From an uncultured Verrucomicrobiota bacterium (GTDB lineage Bacteria > Verrucomicrobiota > Verrucomicrobiia > Limisphaerales > J093), in the NCBI GenBank assembly GCA_964466945.1, contig CAYXPA010000001.1, forward strand, positions 5,516-69,515: 64,000 nucleotides of DNA, in the 5' to 3' direction. The notes under the pieces are model-generated. The model had not been told where the DNA came from, did not search any database, and saw nothing but the letters and a program-made list of their open reading frames with translations. This document shows positions 16,128-25,454 of this stretch, piece after piece. The position numbers were made by a program, and so were the translations under genes. Every line of letters begins with the position of its first letter. Within the stretch, counting starts at the first letter, position 1.

Positions 16128-17642
16128 TCAGAAAATCCTCAAATTGTCCACCATCACGCAGCGGCGCACGCGGGTGAAGGTGCGGGGGTTGCAGATGCCC
16201 TCGCCGGTGGTGGTGGCGATCGAGAAGTTGGCGTAGCCCTCGCCGCCCTTGCCCAGACCGGCCATGCAGGAGCCGTTTTTCACGAAGAGCGTGGTCTCCA
16301 GCGCCCGCGCCATGGCGGTCATGTGCGCCACGTTGTGGGAATGGATCATGGCCGAGTGCCGGTAGCCGTGCTCGGCCCGCTTGGCCAGGGCGATGCCTTC
16401 CTCGACGGATTTGACGCGCACGATCGGCAGGAAGGGCATCATCTGCTCCTCCTCGACAAACAGGTGGTCGGCGGGCGTCTCGGCAAAGAGCAGTTGCGTC
16501 CCCGCCGGAATAGTGGCGCCGGCGGCGGCGGCCAGCACGGCCGGGTCTTTGCCGATGAAGTCGCGGTTGACCACCGGGTGCGGGCAGCCCGCGCCCTGGC
16601 CCGGCGGGAAGACGAAGGCGGCCTTGGTGAGGCGCTCGACCTGGGCGGGGTTGAGCCGGTGGGCCCCGTGTTTTTCGAGGGCGGCCAGGAAGGGTTGGAA
16701 GACCGCGTCGAGCACGAACACCTCCTTTTCGCCGATGCACAGGAGGTTGTTGTCGTACGAGGCGCCATAGACCACGTTGCGCGCGGCGCGGTCCAGGTCG
16801 GCGGTGTCGTCCACCAGCACGGGCGGGTTGCCGGGGCCGGCGCAGATGGCGCGCTTGCCGGTCTGCATGGCGGCCTTGACCACGCCCGGGCCGCCGGTCA
16901 CGCAGAGCAAGCGGACGAACTCGTTCTTGGCGATGGCCTGGAAGGAGTCGAGGGTGGGTTGCTCGATGATGCAGGCGAGGTTTTCGATGCCCAGTTCGGC
17001 ATGGATGGCCTCGTTGAAGGCACGGATGGCCGTGACCGCGCACCGCACCGCCGCCGGGTGGGCGTTGAAGACCACCGCGTTGCCCGCGGCGGCCATGCTG
17101 ATGATGTTGCAGGCGGCGGTGGGGATCGAGTGGGTGCTGGGGGTGACCGCACCGATGACTCCGACCGGCGCGTACTCCTCGAGGGTGATGCCGTGGTCGC
17201 CGCTCAGGCCGTCGGGGTGCAGGAACTCGACGCCGGGGATGCCGCGCTGGGCCTGGAGTTTTTCGATCTTGTGATCGAGTCGCCCGATCTTGGTTTCCTC
17301 GAGCTCCAGCCGCGCCCAGGGCACGGCGTTGAAATCGCAGAGGCGCTTGACGATTTCGACCACCTTCACGCGCCCGGCCACGCCTTTTTCGGACAACTGC
17401 AGGTACGCCTCGTGCGCGGCGGCGCAGGCTTCGTTGGCATCTTGAAAGACGCCGAACGTCCCGCGCCGGGCCGACGAGGGCGCCCGGCCGCCGGTCGGAC
17501 AGCCGCACGCGGGCGCCGTTGGCGGGGCCGGTGCGGGCGCGGGAGCAGCCGGAGGTGGAGCGGCGGGCGCGGCGGTGCCGCCCAGGCGGCTCAACACTTC
17601 GCTGACAATGTCGCGGATTAAGGCTTCGTTCACGGTGCTCAT
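16128..17642 (-). CDS. CoA-acylating aldehyde dehydrogenase (PduP/EutE-like) with N-terminal encapsulation peptide
   Basis: N-terminus is MSTVNEALIRDIVSEVLSRLGG followed by a poly-Ala/Pro linker. The ALDH core has the catalytic-Cys context DNNLLCIGEKEVFV and no C-terminal oligomerisation extension, as in BMC aldehyde dehydrogenases. Confidence 0.9.
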   Translation of the reverse strand: MSTVNEALIRDIVSEVLSRLGGTAAPAAPPPAAPAPAPAPPTAPACGCPTGGRAPSSARRGTFGVFQDANEACAAAHEAYLQLSEKGVAGRVKVVEIVKRLCDFNAVPWARLELEETKIGRLDHKIEKLQAQRGIPGVEFLHPDGLSGDHGITLEEYAPVGVIGAVTPSTHSIPTAACNIISMAAAGNAVVFNAHPAAVRCAVTAIRAFNEAIHAELGIENLACIIEQPTLDSFQAIAKNEFVRLLCVTGGPGVVKAAMQTGKRAICAGPGNPPVLVDDTADLDRAARNVVYGASYDNNLLCIGEKEVFVLDAVFQPFLAALEKHGAHRLNPAQVERLTKAAFVFPPGQGAGCPHPVVNRDFIGKDPAVLAAAAGATIPAGTQLLFAETPADHLFVEEEQMMPFLPIVRVKSVEEGIALAKRAEHGYRHSAMIHSHNVAHMTAMARALETTLFVKNGSCMAGLGKGGEGYANFSIATTTGEGICNPRTFTRVRRCVMVDNLRIF

Positions 17643-17704
17643 GGCTGGAGGGGACGGAAATTAGGGGGCAGAAGGCGCGGCCTGGCTGCGGCGCGCGCCC
17701 TGGC

Positions 17705-18022
17705 TCAGGTCGAGTTGCGGGCGCTGTAGATGACCTTTCCGAGCACGTCCACGGTGTCCACGATGCCGACGATGACCGCGTCCACGGGAGCGTCCTTGAG
17801 CCCGGGGGCCAGGCGGGCGCTGCTGCCCTGGCAGAACATGACCATTTCGCCCAGGCCGGCGCCCACGCTGTCCACGGCCACGATGGTGTTTACGCCGGGG
17901 CGGAAACGGGTGGGGTCTTTGTCGTCCACCAGCATGGGCCGGAGCAGGAGCAGCTTGCGGCCGCTCATGGCCGTGTCCTTTTTGGTGGCCACCACCGCGC
18001 CTTCGACCTTGGCGAGGAACAT
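17705..18022 (-). CDS. BMC vertex (pentamer) protein, EutN/CcmL family (BMC-P)
   Basis: MFLAKVEGAVVATKKDTAMSGRKLLLLRPM...VAVDSVGAGLGEMVMFCQGSSAR...AVIVGIVDTV. This is the third BMC-P paralog, a hallmark of PVM-type loci. Confidence 0.9.
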   Translation of the reverse strand: MFLAKVEGAVVATKKDTAMSGRKLLLLRPMLVDDKDPTRFRPGVNTIVAVDSVGAGLGEMVMFCQGSSARLAPGLKDAPVDAVIVGIVDTVDVLGKVIYSARNST

Positions 18023-18046
18023 GGGAGAGGAGTCAGAATTGAGAGC

Positions 18047-18107
18047 TCAGAAGTCAGAAGGCCGGGCCGGCAGCCAGGAGTGGTGACTCCCGGCTTCTGA
18101 CTGCTGA
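18047..18107 (-). other. strong intergenic stem-loop between a BMC-H gene and a BMC-P gene
   Basis: The arms tcagaagtcagaaggccgg (18047-18065) and ccggcttctgactgctga (18089-18107) are reverse complements apart from one mismatch and one bulge. An inner GGAGT-ggtg-ACTCC hairpin lies at 18077-18090. The element sits in the 92-nt gap downstream of the 18115 stop. Confidence 0.5.
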
Positions 18108-18114
18108 CTCCCGG

Positions 18115-18396
<282 letters not shown>

Positions 18397-18433
18397 AGTC
18401 GGTATCTGCGTTGTGCTTTGGGTTTGCGGAAAG

Positions 18434-19663
18434 TCAGGCGACGGTGCGCTCCAAATAGCGCTTCACTTCGCGGGCCACGACCAGTTCTTCGTTGGTGGGG
18501 ATGACCCACACCTGCACCGGCCGGTCGGGCGGGCTGATGCGGGCTTCCCGGCCCCGCGCGGCGGCGTTTTGGGCCGGGTCCAGCGCGATGCCAAAGGCCT
18601 CGAGGCCGGCGCAAACGGCGGCGCGGATTTCCGGGCGGTTTTCGCCGATGCCGGCGGTGAAGACCAGGGCGTCCAGGCCGCCCAGTGCGACCAGGTAGGC
18701 GCCCAGCCAGCGGCGGATTTCGTGGACGAAAAAGTCCAGGGCAGCGCGGGCGCGGGGATGCCCCTGTTCGGCGGCCGCCTGGATGTCTCGGATGTCGTTC
18801 GAGACGCCGCTGATACCCTTGAGGCCGGCTTCGCGGCAGAGTTGACGTTCGACTTCGTCCAGGTTCAGGCCCAAGGTGCGCATCACCCAGGGCACGGCCA
18901 TGGCGTCGAGGTCGCCCACGCGGTTGTTGTGGGGGAGGCCGGATTGCGGGCTCAAGCCGAGGCTGTTGCCGATGGCTACGCCGTTGCGGAGGCCGGTCAG
19001 GCTGGAGCTGCCGCCCAGGTGGCAGGAGATGACGCGCAGCGCGGGTTCGCGCACCGGCGTGGCGCCGCCGTTCACGTACAGGTCGCGCGCGCGAGCGGCC
19101 ACATCGGGCCGGCCCAGGAGTTCGGCGGAGCGTTCGGCGATGAATTTGTGGCTGGCGCCGTGGTAGCCCCAACGGCGCACGCCGGCTTCGTGCCAGGCGG
19201 CCGGTACGCCGTAGCGTGTGGCGGCATCGGGCAACCACTGGTAAAAGGCGGTCTCGAACAGGCCGACCAGGGGCACGCCGGGCAGGCGTTGGGCGAAAAG
19301 CCGGATGCCGGAGACGTAGGGCGGGTTGTGGGCGGGGGCGATGGGATTGCAGGCTTCCATGGCCTGCAAGACCGATTCGTCCAGGCGCACGCAGCCGGTG
19401 ACGCCCCGGGCCAGGACGGTTTTGAATCCCACCGCCGCCAGGTCGCCGGGGCCGGTGATGTGGCCGGCGTCCCGGAGCTGGGCCAGGCACTGCTCGAGGG
19501 CTTGCGCGTGGTCGCTGACGCGCTCCAGGCCGCCCTTGTGGAGCAGGCGCTCCCCGCCGCCGGCGAAATCGAACAGTCGCCACTTCAGCGAGGTGCTGCC
19601 GAGATTGGCGACGAGGATTTTCACGGCGCGAAGACGAGGCTGGTTAGCTCGGGGCGCAGTCAC
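18434..19663 (-). CDS. ackA: acetate/propionate kinase
   Basis: KILVANLGSTSLKWRLFD, GYHGASH, ISCHLGGSSS and FTAGIGEN motifs. The true start may be the GTG at 19624 (VKILV...). Confidence 0.95.
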   Translation of the reverse strand: MTAPRANQPRLRAVKILVANLGSTSLKWRLFDFAGGGERLLHKGGLERVSDHAQALEQCLAQLRDAGHITGPGDLAAVGFKTVLARGVTGCVRLDESVLQAMEACNPIAPAHNPPYVSGIRLFAQRLPGVPLVGLFETAFYQWLPDAATRYGVPAAWHEAGVRRWGYHGASHKFIAERSAELLGRPDVAARARDLYVNGGATPVREPALRVISCHLGGSSSLTGLRNGVAIGNSLGLSPQSGLPHNNRVGDLDAMAVPWVMRTLGLNLDEVERQLCREAGLKGISGVSNDIRDIQAAAEQGHPRARAALDFFVHEIRRWLGAYLVALGGLDALVFTAGIGENRPEIRAAVCAGLEAFGIALDPAQNAAARGREARISPPDRPVQVWVIPTNEELVVAREVKRYLERTVA

Positions 19664-19714
19664 CGGGCCGGCGTGGAGGCCGGGGCGGCGGCCGGTGGCT
19701 GGCGGGGAGGCCGG

Positions 19715-19993
19715 TCACTGAAGCCATTTGCCCAGGCTGGCGAGGCCTTCGTGTGGCCGGGGGATGACCTGGACGCTGACGACCTGGCCGACCTGCGCGG
19801 CGGCGGCGGCGCCGGCGTCGGTGGCGGCCTTGACCGCCGCCACGTCGCCCCGGAAGAAGGAGGTGACGTAGCCGCTGCCGATTTTCTCCCAGCCGACCAG
19901 GGTGACGTTGGCGGCCTTGAGGGCGGCGTCGCTGGCTTCGAGCAGGGCGCACAGGCCCTTGGTTTCAATCATGCCGAGTGCTTGGGTGGCCAT
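19715..19993 (-). CDS. BMC shell hexamer protein (BMC-H)
   Basis: [61 protein letters not shown]...VIPRPH. Confidence 0.95.
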   Translation of the reverse strand: MATQALGMIETKGLCALLEASDAALKAANVTLVGWEKIGSGYVTSFFRGDVAAVKAATDAGAAAAAQVGQVVSVQVIPRPHEGLASLGKWLQ

Positions 19994-20034
19994 AAAACGG
20001 GTCTCGGGTTTTGGTTTCGGGTTTCCGGGGGCGG

Positions 20035-20331
20035 TTACTTCGCGGGTTTGGCCGGCGCGGCCTCGCCCAAGAAGGACTTGAGCAGGTCTTCGTGCGGCCG
20101 GGCGATAATGTGGGCGCTGATGAGTTCGCCCACCTTGCCGGCGGCCTTGGCGCCGGCGTCCACGGCGGCTTTGACGCTGCCGACGTCGCCTTTGCAGAGG
20201 ACGGTGATCATGCCCCCGCCGATGGGGATGGTTTTGACGAGGCTGACGTTGGCGGCCTTGACCATTGCGTCGCTGGCTTCCACCGAGCCGACGTAGCCTT
20301 TGGTTTCGATCATTCCGAGTGCTTCGCTCAT
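20035..20331 (-). CDS. BMC shell hexamer protein (BMC-H)
   Basis: [60 protein letters not shown]...IIARPH. Confidence 0.95.
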   Translation of the reverse strand: MSEALGMIETKGYVGSVEASDAMVKAANVSLVKTIPIGGGMITVLCKGDVGSVKAAVDAGAKAAGKVGELISAHIIARPHEDLLKSFLGEAAPAKPAK

Positions 20332-20365
20332 GGGTGTGTGGAGTTGGGAGTTGGAAGGAAAGGGT

Positions 20366-21043
20366 TCAGCGGATCAGTTCGCACGGGGTGTGGGGCTGGA
20401 GGTTGCAGGCGTTGCCCTCGTCAGTGTCAATGTGGACCTCGAGCTTGAAGGCGGGGTCCACGCGACAGAGCAGCTTGTCGAAGGTCACGCCGCAGGGCCC
20501 GCCCACTTTGAGCCGCATCTCGTCGCCCTGCTTGACCCCGTAAAAGGCCGCGTCGTCCGGGTGCATGTGGACATGCCGCAACGCCCGGATCACGCCCTGC
20601 TTCATCTCGAAGAAGCCGGCCGGCCCCATCAACATGCAGCCCGGGGTGTCCTTGATGTCGCCCGAGAGCCGCAACGGAATCTCGAAGCCCAGGGCGATGG
20701 CGTCGGTGTAGGCCAGCTCGACCTGGTTTAAGGTCCGGCACGGCCCCAAGATGCGCAGGTTCGAGATGACCCGGCTGCGCGGGCCGATGAGCGTGACCGT
20801 CTCCTTGGCGGCGAACTGACCTTCTTGGTAGAGCCACTTGAGGACCTGGAGTTGGTGCCCTTTTCCGAAGAGGGCCTCGACGGCCTGCTGGGTCAGGTGG
20901 CAGTGCCGGGCGCTGACGTTGACCACCAAAGGGTTGGGCGCGGTGGCCGGACGGGGCAACGGCTTGCCCAGCCGCTGGTAAACCACCTGGCGAACCAAGT
21001 GTTCAACCACCGCTCGGGGCAGAGATTGCGGCACTGCTGACAT
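20366..21043 (-). CDS. pduL: phosphate acyltransferase PduL with N-terminal encapsulation peptide
   Basis: Two PduL repeats ([12 protein letters not shown]... and [14 protein letters not shown]...) plus the N-terminal amphipathic peptide [17 protein letters not shown]. Start is ATG 21043 inside the much longer ORF 20366..22723. Confidence 0.9.
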   Translation of the reverse strand: MSAVPQSLPRAVVEHLVRQVVYQRLGKPLPRPATAPNPLVVNVSARHCHLTQQAVEALFGKGHQLQVLKWLYQEGQFAAKETVTLIGPRSRVISNLRILGPCRTLNQVELAYTDAIALGFEIPLRLSGDIKDTPGCMLMGPAGFFEMKQGVIRALRHVHMHPDDAAFYGVKQGDEMRLKVGGPCGVTFDKLLCRVDPAFKLEVHIDTDEGNACNLQPHTPCELIR

Positions 21044-21130
21044 GTTCCGGGCGCGAATTGAAGCGAATCTGCGCCGGATGTCAACAAAATTCTTGCAAGT
21101 TCTTCCAGAATCTTTCACCAATTTGCCAAA
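21044..21130. promoter_or_regulatory. divergent promoter/operator region between the BMC operon (minus) and the deoR-family gene (plus)
   Basis: An 87-bp gap that is visibly AT-richer than its surroundings (caacaaaattcttgcaagttcttccagaatctttcaccaatttgccaaa). It contains repeated TTCTT/ATCTT half-site-like words and a GGCGC..GCGCC hairpin. The call rests on position only; no operator was defined. Confidence 0.3.
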
Positions 21131-21913
21131 ATGACGCCTGAAGAGCGCCAGCAACGGCTCGAGGAATACCTGCAAAAGGTGGAGTTTGCCTCGCTCGAAG
21201 AGCTGGCCCAAGCCGTGGAAGCTTCCGTGTCCACCGTCCGACGGGACGTTACCCTCTTGGAAGCGCGCGGCACGGTCCGGCGCACGCACGGCGGGGCGCG
21301 GATTGTTAACCCGCGCAGTGACGAGTTTGTCTTCAACGCCCGCGACACGCATCAACTGGCCGAGAAGGAGGCGATCGGCCGCAGTTGCGCCGAGTTGATC
21401 CAACCCCGGCAGAGCGTGATCGTGGACGCCGGCACCACGTGCTACCACGTGGCGCGGTTTTTGGAGCCCAAGAAGCCGCAGGTGATCACCAATTCGCTGC
21501 CGGTGGCCAACCTGTTCGCCGCCTCGAGTCAGGTCGAGGTCGTCATGTCCGGCGGGGTGCTGTATCCGCGGTTGGGCGTGCTGGTGGGGCCGCTGGCCGT
21601 CGAGTCCTTCTCGAAGATGCACGCGGACGTGGCGGTGATGAGCGCGGGGGGCATCACGGCCGAGGGGCTGACCAATTCGCACGGCCTGCTGATCGAAATC
21701 CAGCGGGCGATGATGCGCGCGGCCCAGCGGGTGATTTTCTGTCTGGACCACACCAAATTGGGCCGGCGTTCCATCAGCCTGTTGAGCGGCCTGGAAGGCA
21801 TTCACACACTGGTCACCGACTGGCAGGCGCCGGCCGAATGGGTGGAGATGTTTCGCGCGCGCGGCCTGGAAGTACTGGTGGCGCCCGCCCCCAACGGCGA
21901 AAAGCCGGCCTGA
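21131..21913 (+). CDS. DeoR-family transcriptional regulator (likely BMC operon regulator)
   Basis: N-terminal HTH LEELAQAVEASVSTVRRDVTLLEARG and a C-terminal DeoR sugar-phosphate-binding domain (VIVDAGTTC..., VMSGG..., ADVAVMSAGGI). Divergent to the BMC operon, as in described PVM loci. Confidence 0.9.
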   Translation: MTPEERQQRLEEYLQKVEFASLEELAQAVEASVSTVRRDVTLLEARGTVRRTHGGARIVNPRSDEFVFNARDTHQLAEKEAIGRSCAELIQPRQSVIVDAGTTCYHVARFLEPKKPQVITNSLPVANLFAASSQVEVVMSGGVLYPRLGVLVGPLAVESFSKMHADVAVMSAGGITAEGLTNSHGLLIEIQRAMMRAAQRVIFCLDHTKLGRRSISLLSGLEGIHTLVTDWQAPAEWVEMFRARGLEVLVAPAPNGEKPA

Positions 21914-22135
21914 ACTCCGCGCCCCGGAGCAAAGCTCGATGGCTGTTCGGCAATAATCGCTTCGCCCATGCCCGCCCCGCCGGTCTGGGAAGCCCGGAAT
22001 TTGGAAACGAAACCCGGAAGCCGAGGAGCGAAAAAACGACCTCGGAGTGCGCGGCAGCGGGCGCGAGACCGCGCGGGGGTGGCGGGCGCGGAAAAGATTT
22101 TGCTTTTGCCGCAGAGCTTGCCCACCGTTGGCGCC

Positions 22136-22522
22136 ATGACCAGACCGCTGGCCCTGATCTTCTACGAAGGCCTGCTGGCCGGCAACCAGTTGATCAACCG
22201 GCTGGACGCGCTCGAGTACCGGACCCAATCGGTGAGCGACCTGGGGCAACTGCACGAACTGGCCGCCCGGGAGCGGCCGCTGGTGGTTTTGCTCGAGCTG
22301 GGCGCGCTGGCCGACCGCGTTTGCGCGGCCATACGCAGTCTGCGCGCCGACCCCCTGACCGCGCACATCCCGGTCGTGGCCTTTGTGGCCAGCCAGGACC
22401 CCGACGCGGCGGCGCACGCGACGGCACTGGCGCAGAACTCCGGCGCCCGGGTGGTGGTGGGTGAAGCTGCCCTGCTGGCGCACTTGCCCGCAATTCTTGA
22501 GCAGGCCCTTCAGGTGGAATGA
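22136..22522 (+). CDS. CheY-like receiver-fold protein with degenerate phospho-acceptor site (pseudo-receiver)
   Basis: 128 aa from ATG 22136. The alternating beta/alpha pattern is ALIFYEG...LVVLLELG...IPVVAFVAS...ARVVVGEA. The acidic pair and the acceptor Asp are replaced (YEG, LLELG). Confidence 0.45.
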   Translation: MTRPLALIFYEGLLAGNQLINRLDALEYRTQSVSDLGQLHELAARERPLVVLLELGALADRVCAAIRSLRADPLTAHIPVVAFVASQDPDAAAHATALAQNSGARVVVGEAALLAHLPAILEQALQVE

Positions 22523-22704
22523 AGGGGCAAAACCCGGACCCGGCCGGTGCACGACGCGGGCGGGGAGGCCGGGCTCGCTGGTGGAAGGGGTGAATGCGCG
22601 CTGGTGTTTGGGCGTGGCAGGGGTGTGGTCGTGCTGCGTACCCCCGATACCCGAGCCCTCCAAAGTCGTTTCCCAAAAAACTCGTCTTCGGTAAGCTGCC
22701 GGCC

Positions 22705-23721
22705 ATGACAAAGCGCAACCCACGATTGCCGAAATTGCCGGTCCGCCCGGAGGCCGGGCCGGTCAGTACGTTTCTCGAACATCACTACCGGCACTTCAAC
22801 GCGGCCACGCTGCTCGATGCCGCCCGCGCCTACCGCCAGCAACTGGAGCAGGGCAATCACATGATGATCACGCTGGCCGGCGCCATGAGCACGGCCGAGC
22901 TGGGGTTGTCCCTGGCCGAAATGATCCGCCAGGACAAGGTCCACCTGATCTCCTGCACCGGGGCCAACCTCGAGGAGGACGTGTTCAACCTCGTGGCCCA
23001 CGATTACTACGAGCGCGTGCCGCATTACCGCGAGCTCACCGCCGGCGATGAGGAAGCCCTGCTCAAACGACACCTCAACCGCGTCACCGACACCTGCATC
23101 CCCGAGGGCGAAGCCATGCGGCGCATGGAAAAAGCCATGCTCGAGGTGTGGACCGCCGCCGACCGCCGGGGCGAGCGCTACTTCCCCCACGAGTTTTTCT
23201 ATCAGGTCCTGCGCAGCGGCAAGTACGCGAAGTACTATCAGATTGACCCGAAAGATTCCTGGGTGCTGGCCGCGTGCGAGAAGAACCTGCCGCTGGTGGT
23301 GCCCGGTTGGGAAGACTCGACGCTGGGCAACATGTATGCCGCCGCCTGCCTGCGCGGCGATGTCCGCAACGTCCACACCGTGCGCACGGGCATCGAGTAC
23401 ATGACCTGGCTGGCCGGGCATTATCGGACCGTCACGAAAGAGCGGGGCCTGGGCATGTTCCAGATCGGCGGCGGCATCGCCGGCGATTTCCCCATCTGCG
23501 TGGTCCCGATGCTCGAGCAGGACCTGGGCGTCAAGACGCGGCTTTGGTCCTACTTTTGCCAGATCAGCGACTCGACCACCAGCTACGGCTCCTACTCCGG
23601 CGCCGTGCCCAACGAGAAAATCACCTGGGGCAAGCTCGGTCGGGACACACCGAAGTTCATCATCGAATCCGACGCCACCATCGTGGCCCCGCTGATTTTT
23701 GCCTATGTCCTGGGGTGGTAA
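22705..23721 (+). CDS. deoxyhypusine synthase-like protein
   Basis: TLAGAMSTAELG, ISCTGANLEEDVFNLV, FQIGGGIAGDF and DSTTSYGSYSGA...EKITWGK follow the DHS-family motif order. Start is ATG 22705. Confidence 0.85.
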   Translation: MTKRNPRLPKLPVRPEAGPVSTFLEHHYRHFNAATLLDAARAYRQQLEQGNHMMITLAGAMSTAELGLSLAEMIRQDKVHLISCTGANLEEDVFNLVAHDYYERVPHYRELTAGDEEALLKRHLNRVTDTCIPEGEAMRRMEKAMLEVWTAADRRGERYFPHEFFYQVLRSGKYAKYYQIDPKDSWVLAACEKNLPLVVPGWEDSTLGNMYAAACLRGDVRNVHTVRTGIEYMTWLAGHYRTVTKERGLGMFQIGGGIAGDFPICVVPMLEQDLGVKTRLWSYFCQISDSTTSYGSYSGAVPNEKITWGKLGRDTPKFIIESDATIVAPLIFAYVLGW

Positions 23722-23883
23722 AGGTCCGGTGGGCTGGTTGGGCTCGCCGGGAGTAAACCGTAAATGGCGCCCGCGCCGAACTCCGCGCGCCGGAGCACAA
23801 AACTGCCCGGGGGCCGCATAAATTTTCGCGGACCTTTCCCGGTTGTCACCTTCACGAACCATAGTGTGCCAACCCTGACCCGC

Positions 23884-24723
23884 ATGAAGCGCCTCACCGT
23901 GTTGCCGCCGCGCTGTCCCCGGGCCTTTACCCTCATCGAGCTGTTGGTGGTCATCGCCATCCTCGGCATCTTGGCGGGGATGCTGCTGCCCGCCCTGGCC
24001 CGGGCCAAAAGCCGGGCGCACGACATCCGCTGCCGCAGCAACCTGCGGCAACTGGCCATCGGCATGCACCTGTACGCCGAGACCCACAGCTACCTGCCTC
24101 CGCATCAGGTGCGGCTGGCGGATGGCTCGCGCGCACGGTGGTTCAACCTCTTTGCCCGGGAGGTTACCTCAGGGTACGAGTTGATGCGCGATCCGGCGGT
24201 GCCCCACTGGACGGCCAGCCGCAACTCGCCCTACGGCTACAACTACAAGTTCCTTGGCAGCGCCCGGGTTAAGTTTTCCGGCGAATACGAACGCTTCCCC
24301 GTGCCGCTGAGCGCGCTGCCGGCCGCCTCGCAAACCCTGGCCTTCGGCTGCGCCAACGGCACCGGCACGCGCGAACCCTACGAGCCGATGACGCCCGACC
24401 AGGCCCGCAGCGCGTTGCCCGCCGAGGAAAGCGTCCAGCGCATCGGCAACCACGGCTACGTCATTGATCCGCCCCACATTCCCACCTACAGCCATGACCA
24501 GGAAGAACGCTGGGCGTACTACGAGTACGCCTCTTTCTTGAGTGACCGGCACCTGGGTCGCGGCAACGCGGCCTTCCTTGACGGGCACGTGGAATCCCTC
24601 AAGCCGGAGACCGCCTACCGCAACAACCGTTTGTGGAACGGGTTCAACGACCCCGCCGCCGTGGCGGTCATGCCGGATTTCCCCCTGAACTGGCCCATCG
24701 CCTGGCAGCGCGACCCGCCGTGA
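23884..24723 (+). CDS. prepilin-type N-terminal cleavage/methylation domain protein, DUF1559 (H-X9-DG) family
   Basis: RAFTLIELLVVIAILGILAGMLLPALARAK is a class III signal, and the C-terminal HLGRGNAAFLDGHVESL is the H-X9-DG motif. This is a typical PVC pseudopilin-like family. Confidence 0.85.
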   Translation: MKRLTVLPPRCPRAFTLIELLVVIAILGILAGMLLPALARAKSRAHDIRCRSNLRQLAIGMHLYAETHSYLPPHQVRLADGSRARWFNLFAREVTSGYELMRDPAVPHWTASRNSPYGYNYKFLGSARVKFSGEYERFPVPLSALPAASQTLAFGCANGTGTREPYEPMTPDQARSALPAEESVQRIGNHGYVIDPPHIPTYSHDQEERWAYYEYASFLSDRHLGRGNAAFLDGHVESLKPETAYRNNRLWNGFNDPAAVAVMPDFPLNWPIAWQRDPP

Positions 24724-24841
24724 GCGGCTGACCGGTTTTCTCCGGGCAATCGTTCCCCGGGCAATCGTCCCGAGACAGGGCGCCACGCCGGCCCGCGGCA
24801 ATTCGGTTTGCCTTCCCGGCCCGGCGGGGAATCATACCGGC

Positions 24842-25411
24842 ATGGCAACGGCCACCCTGTCGCGTTCCAAACCCCGCCGGCTCTGGACGTACGCGGAGCT
24901 GCGCGCCGCGCGGCCCGAGACCAACCAGCCCACCGAGTTGTGGAATGGAGAAATCGTCATGGCTCCCGCCCCCAGTCCCGGACATCAATCGGTCATTTTC
25001 CGCCTCGCCCAAATCTTCGATGCCCACGTCACCCCGCTCGGCTTGGGCAAGGTGTACCTCAGCCCCATTGACGTCGTCCTGTCCGAGCGGCGCGTGGTGC
25101 AACCGGACCTGGTCTTCATCGCCCGCGAAAACCTGGGCATTGTGCAGGACTGCATCCGCGGCGTGCCGGACCTGACGCTCGAGGTCGTCTCGGAGTCGTC
25201 CTGGCATCGCGACCGCATCGAAAAAAAGGCTCTCTACGAGCAGTACGGCGTCAAGGAGTACTGGTTGGTGGACCCGGACAGCCGCACCCTCGAGGTCTTT
25301 GCGCTCGTCAAGGGCGCTTTCCGCCTGCACGCCAAGGCCACGGCCGCCCAAGCCGCCCGCTCCCGCCTGTTGTCCGGCCTGACCGTGACCTGGCCGCAAA
25401 TCTCGTCCTGA
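24842..25411 (+). CDS. Uma2-family (DUF820) putative endonuclease
   Basis: ELWNGEIVMAPAPSPGHQ..., QPDLVFI, VPDLTLEVVSESS...D...K...Y...GV.EYWLVDP is the PD-(D/E)xK-like Uma2 pattern. Confidence 0.85.
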   Translation: MATATLSRSKPRRLWTYAELRAARPETNQPTELWNGEIVMAPAPSPGHQSVIFRLAQIFDAHVTPLGLGKVYLSPIDVVLSERRVVQPDLVFIARENLGIVQDCIRGVPDLTLEVVSESSWHRDRIEKKALYEQYGVKEYWLVDPDSRTLEVFALVKGAFRLHAKATAAQAARSRLLSGLTVTWPQISS

Positions 25412-25454
25412 CCCGGCTTGGACCGCCGCGAACTTTCTTTCACCCTTGGCCGTG

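Noticed and set aside
16111-17508. Remainder of the 602-aa ORF 15700..17508 upstream of the four-helix-bundle domain
   Set aside because: It is out of frame over the aldehyde dehydrogenase gene (Arg/Pro/Gly junk). Only the last 136 codons, starting at GTG 16110, match a known family.
21044-22723. Upstream part of the 785-aa ORF 20366..22723
   Set aside because: It is antisense to the DeoR and pseudo-receiver genes and crosses the AT-richer promoter gap. Only the 225-aa PduL portion (20366..21043) is credible.
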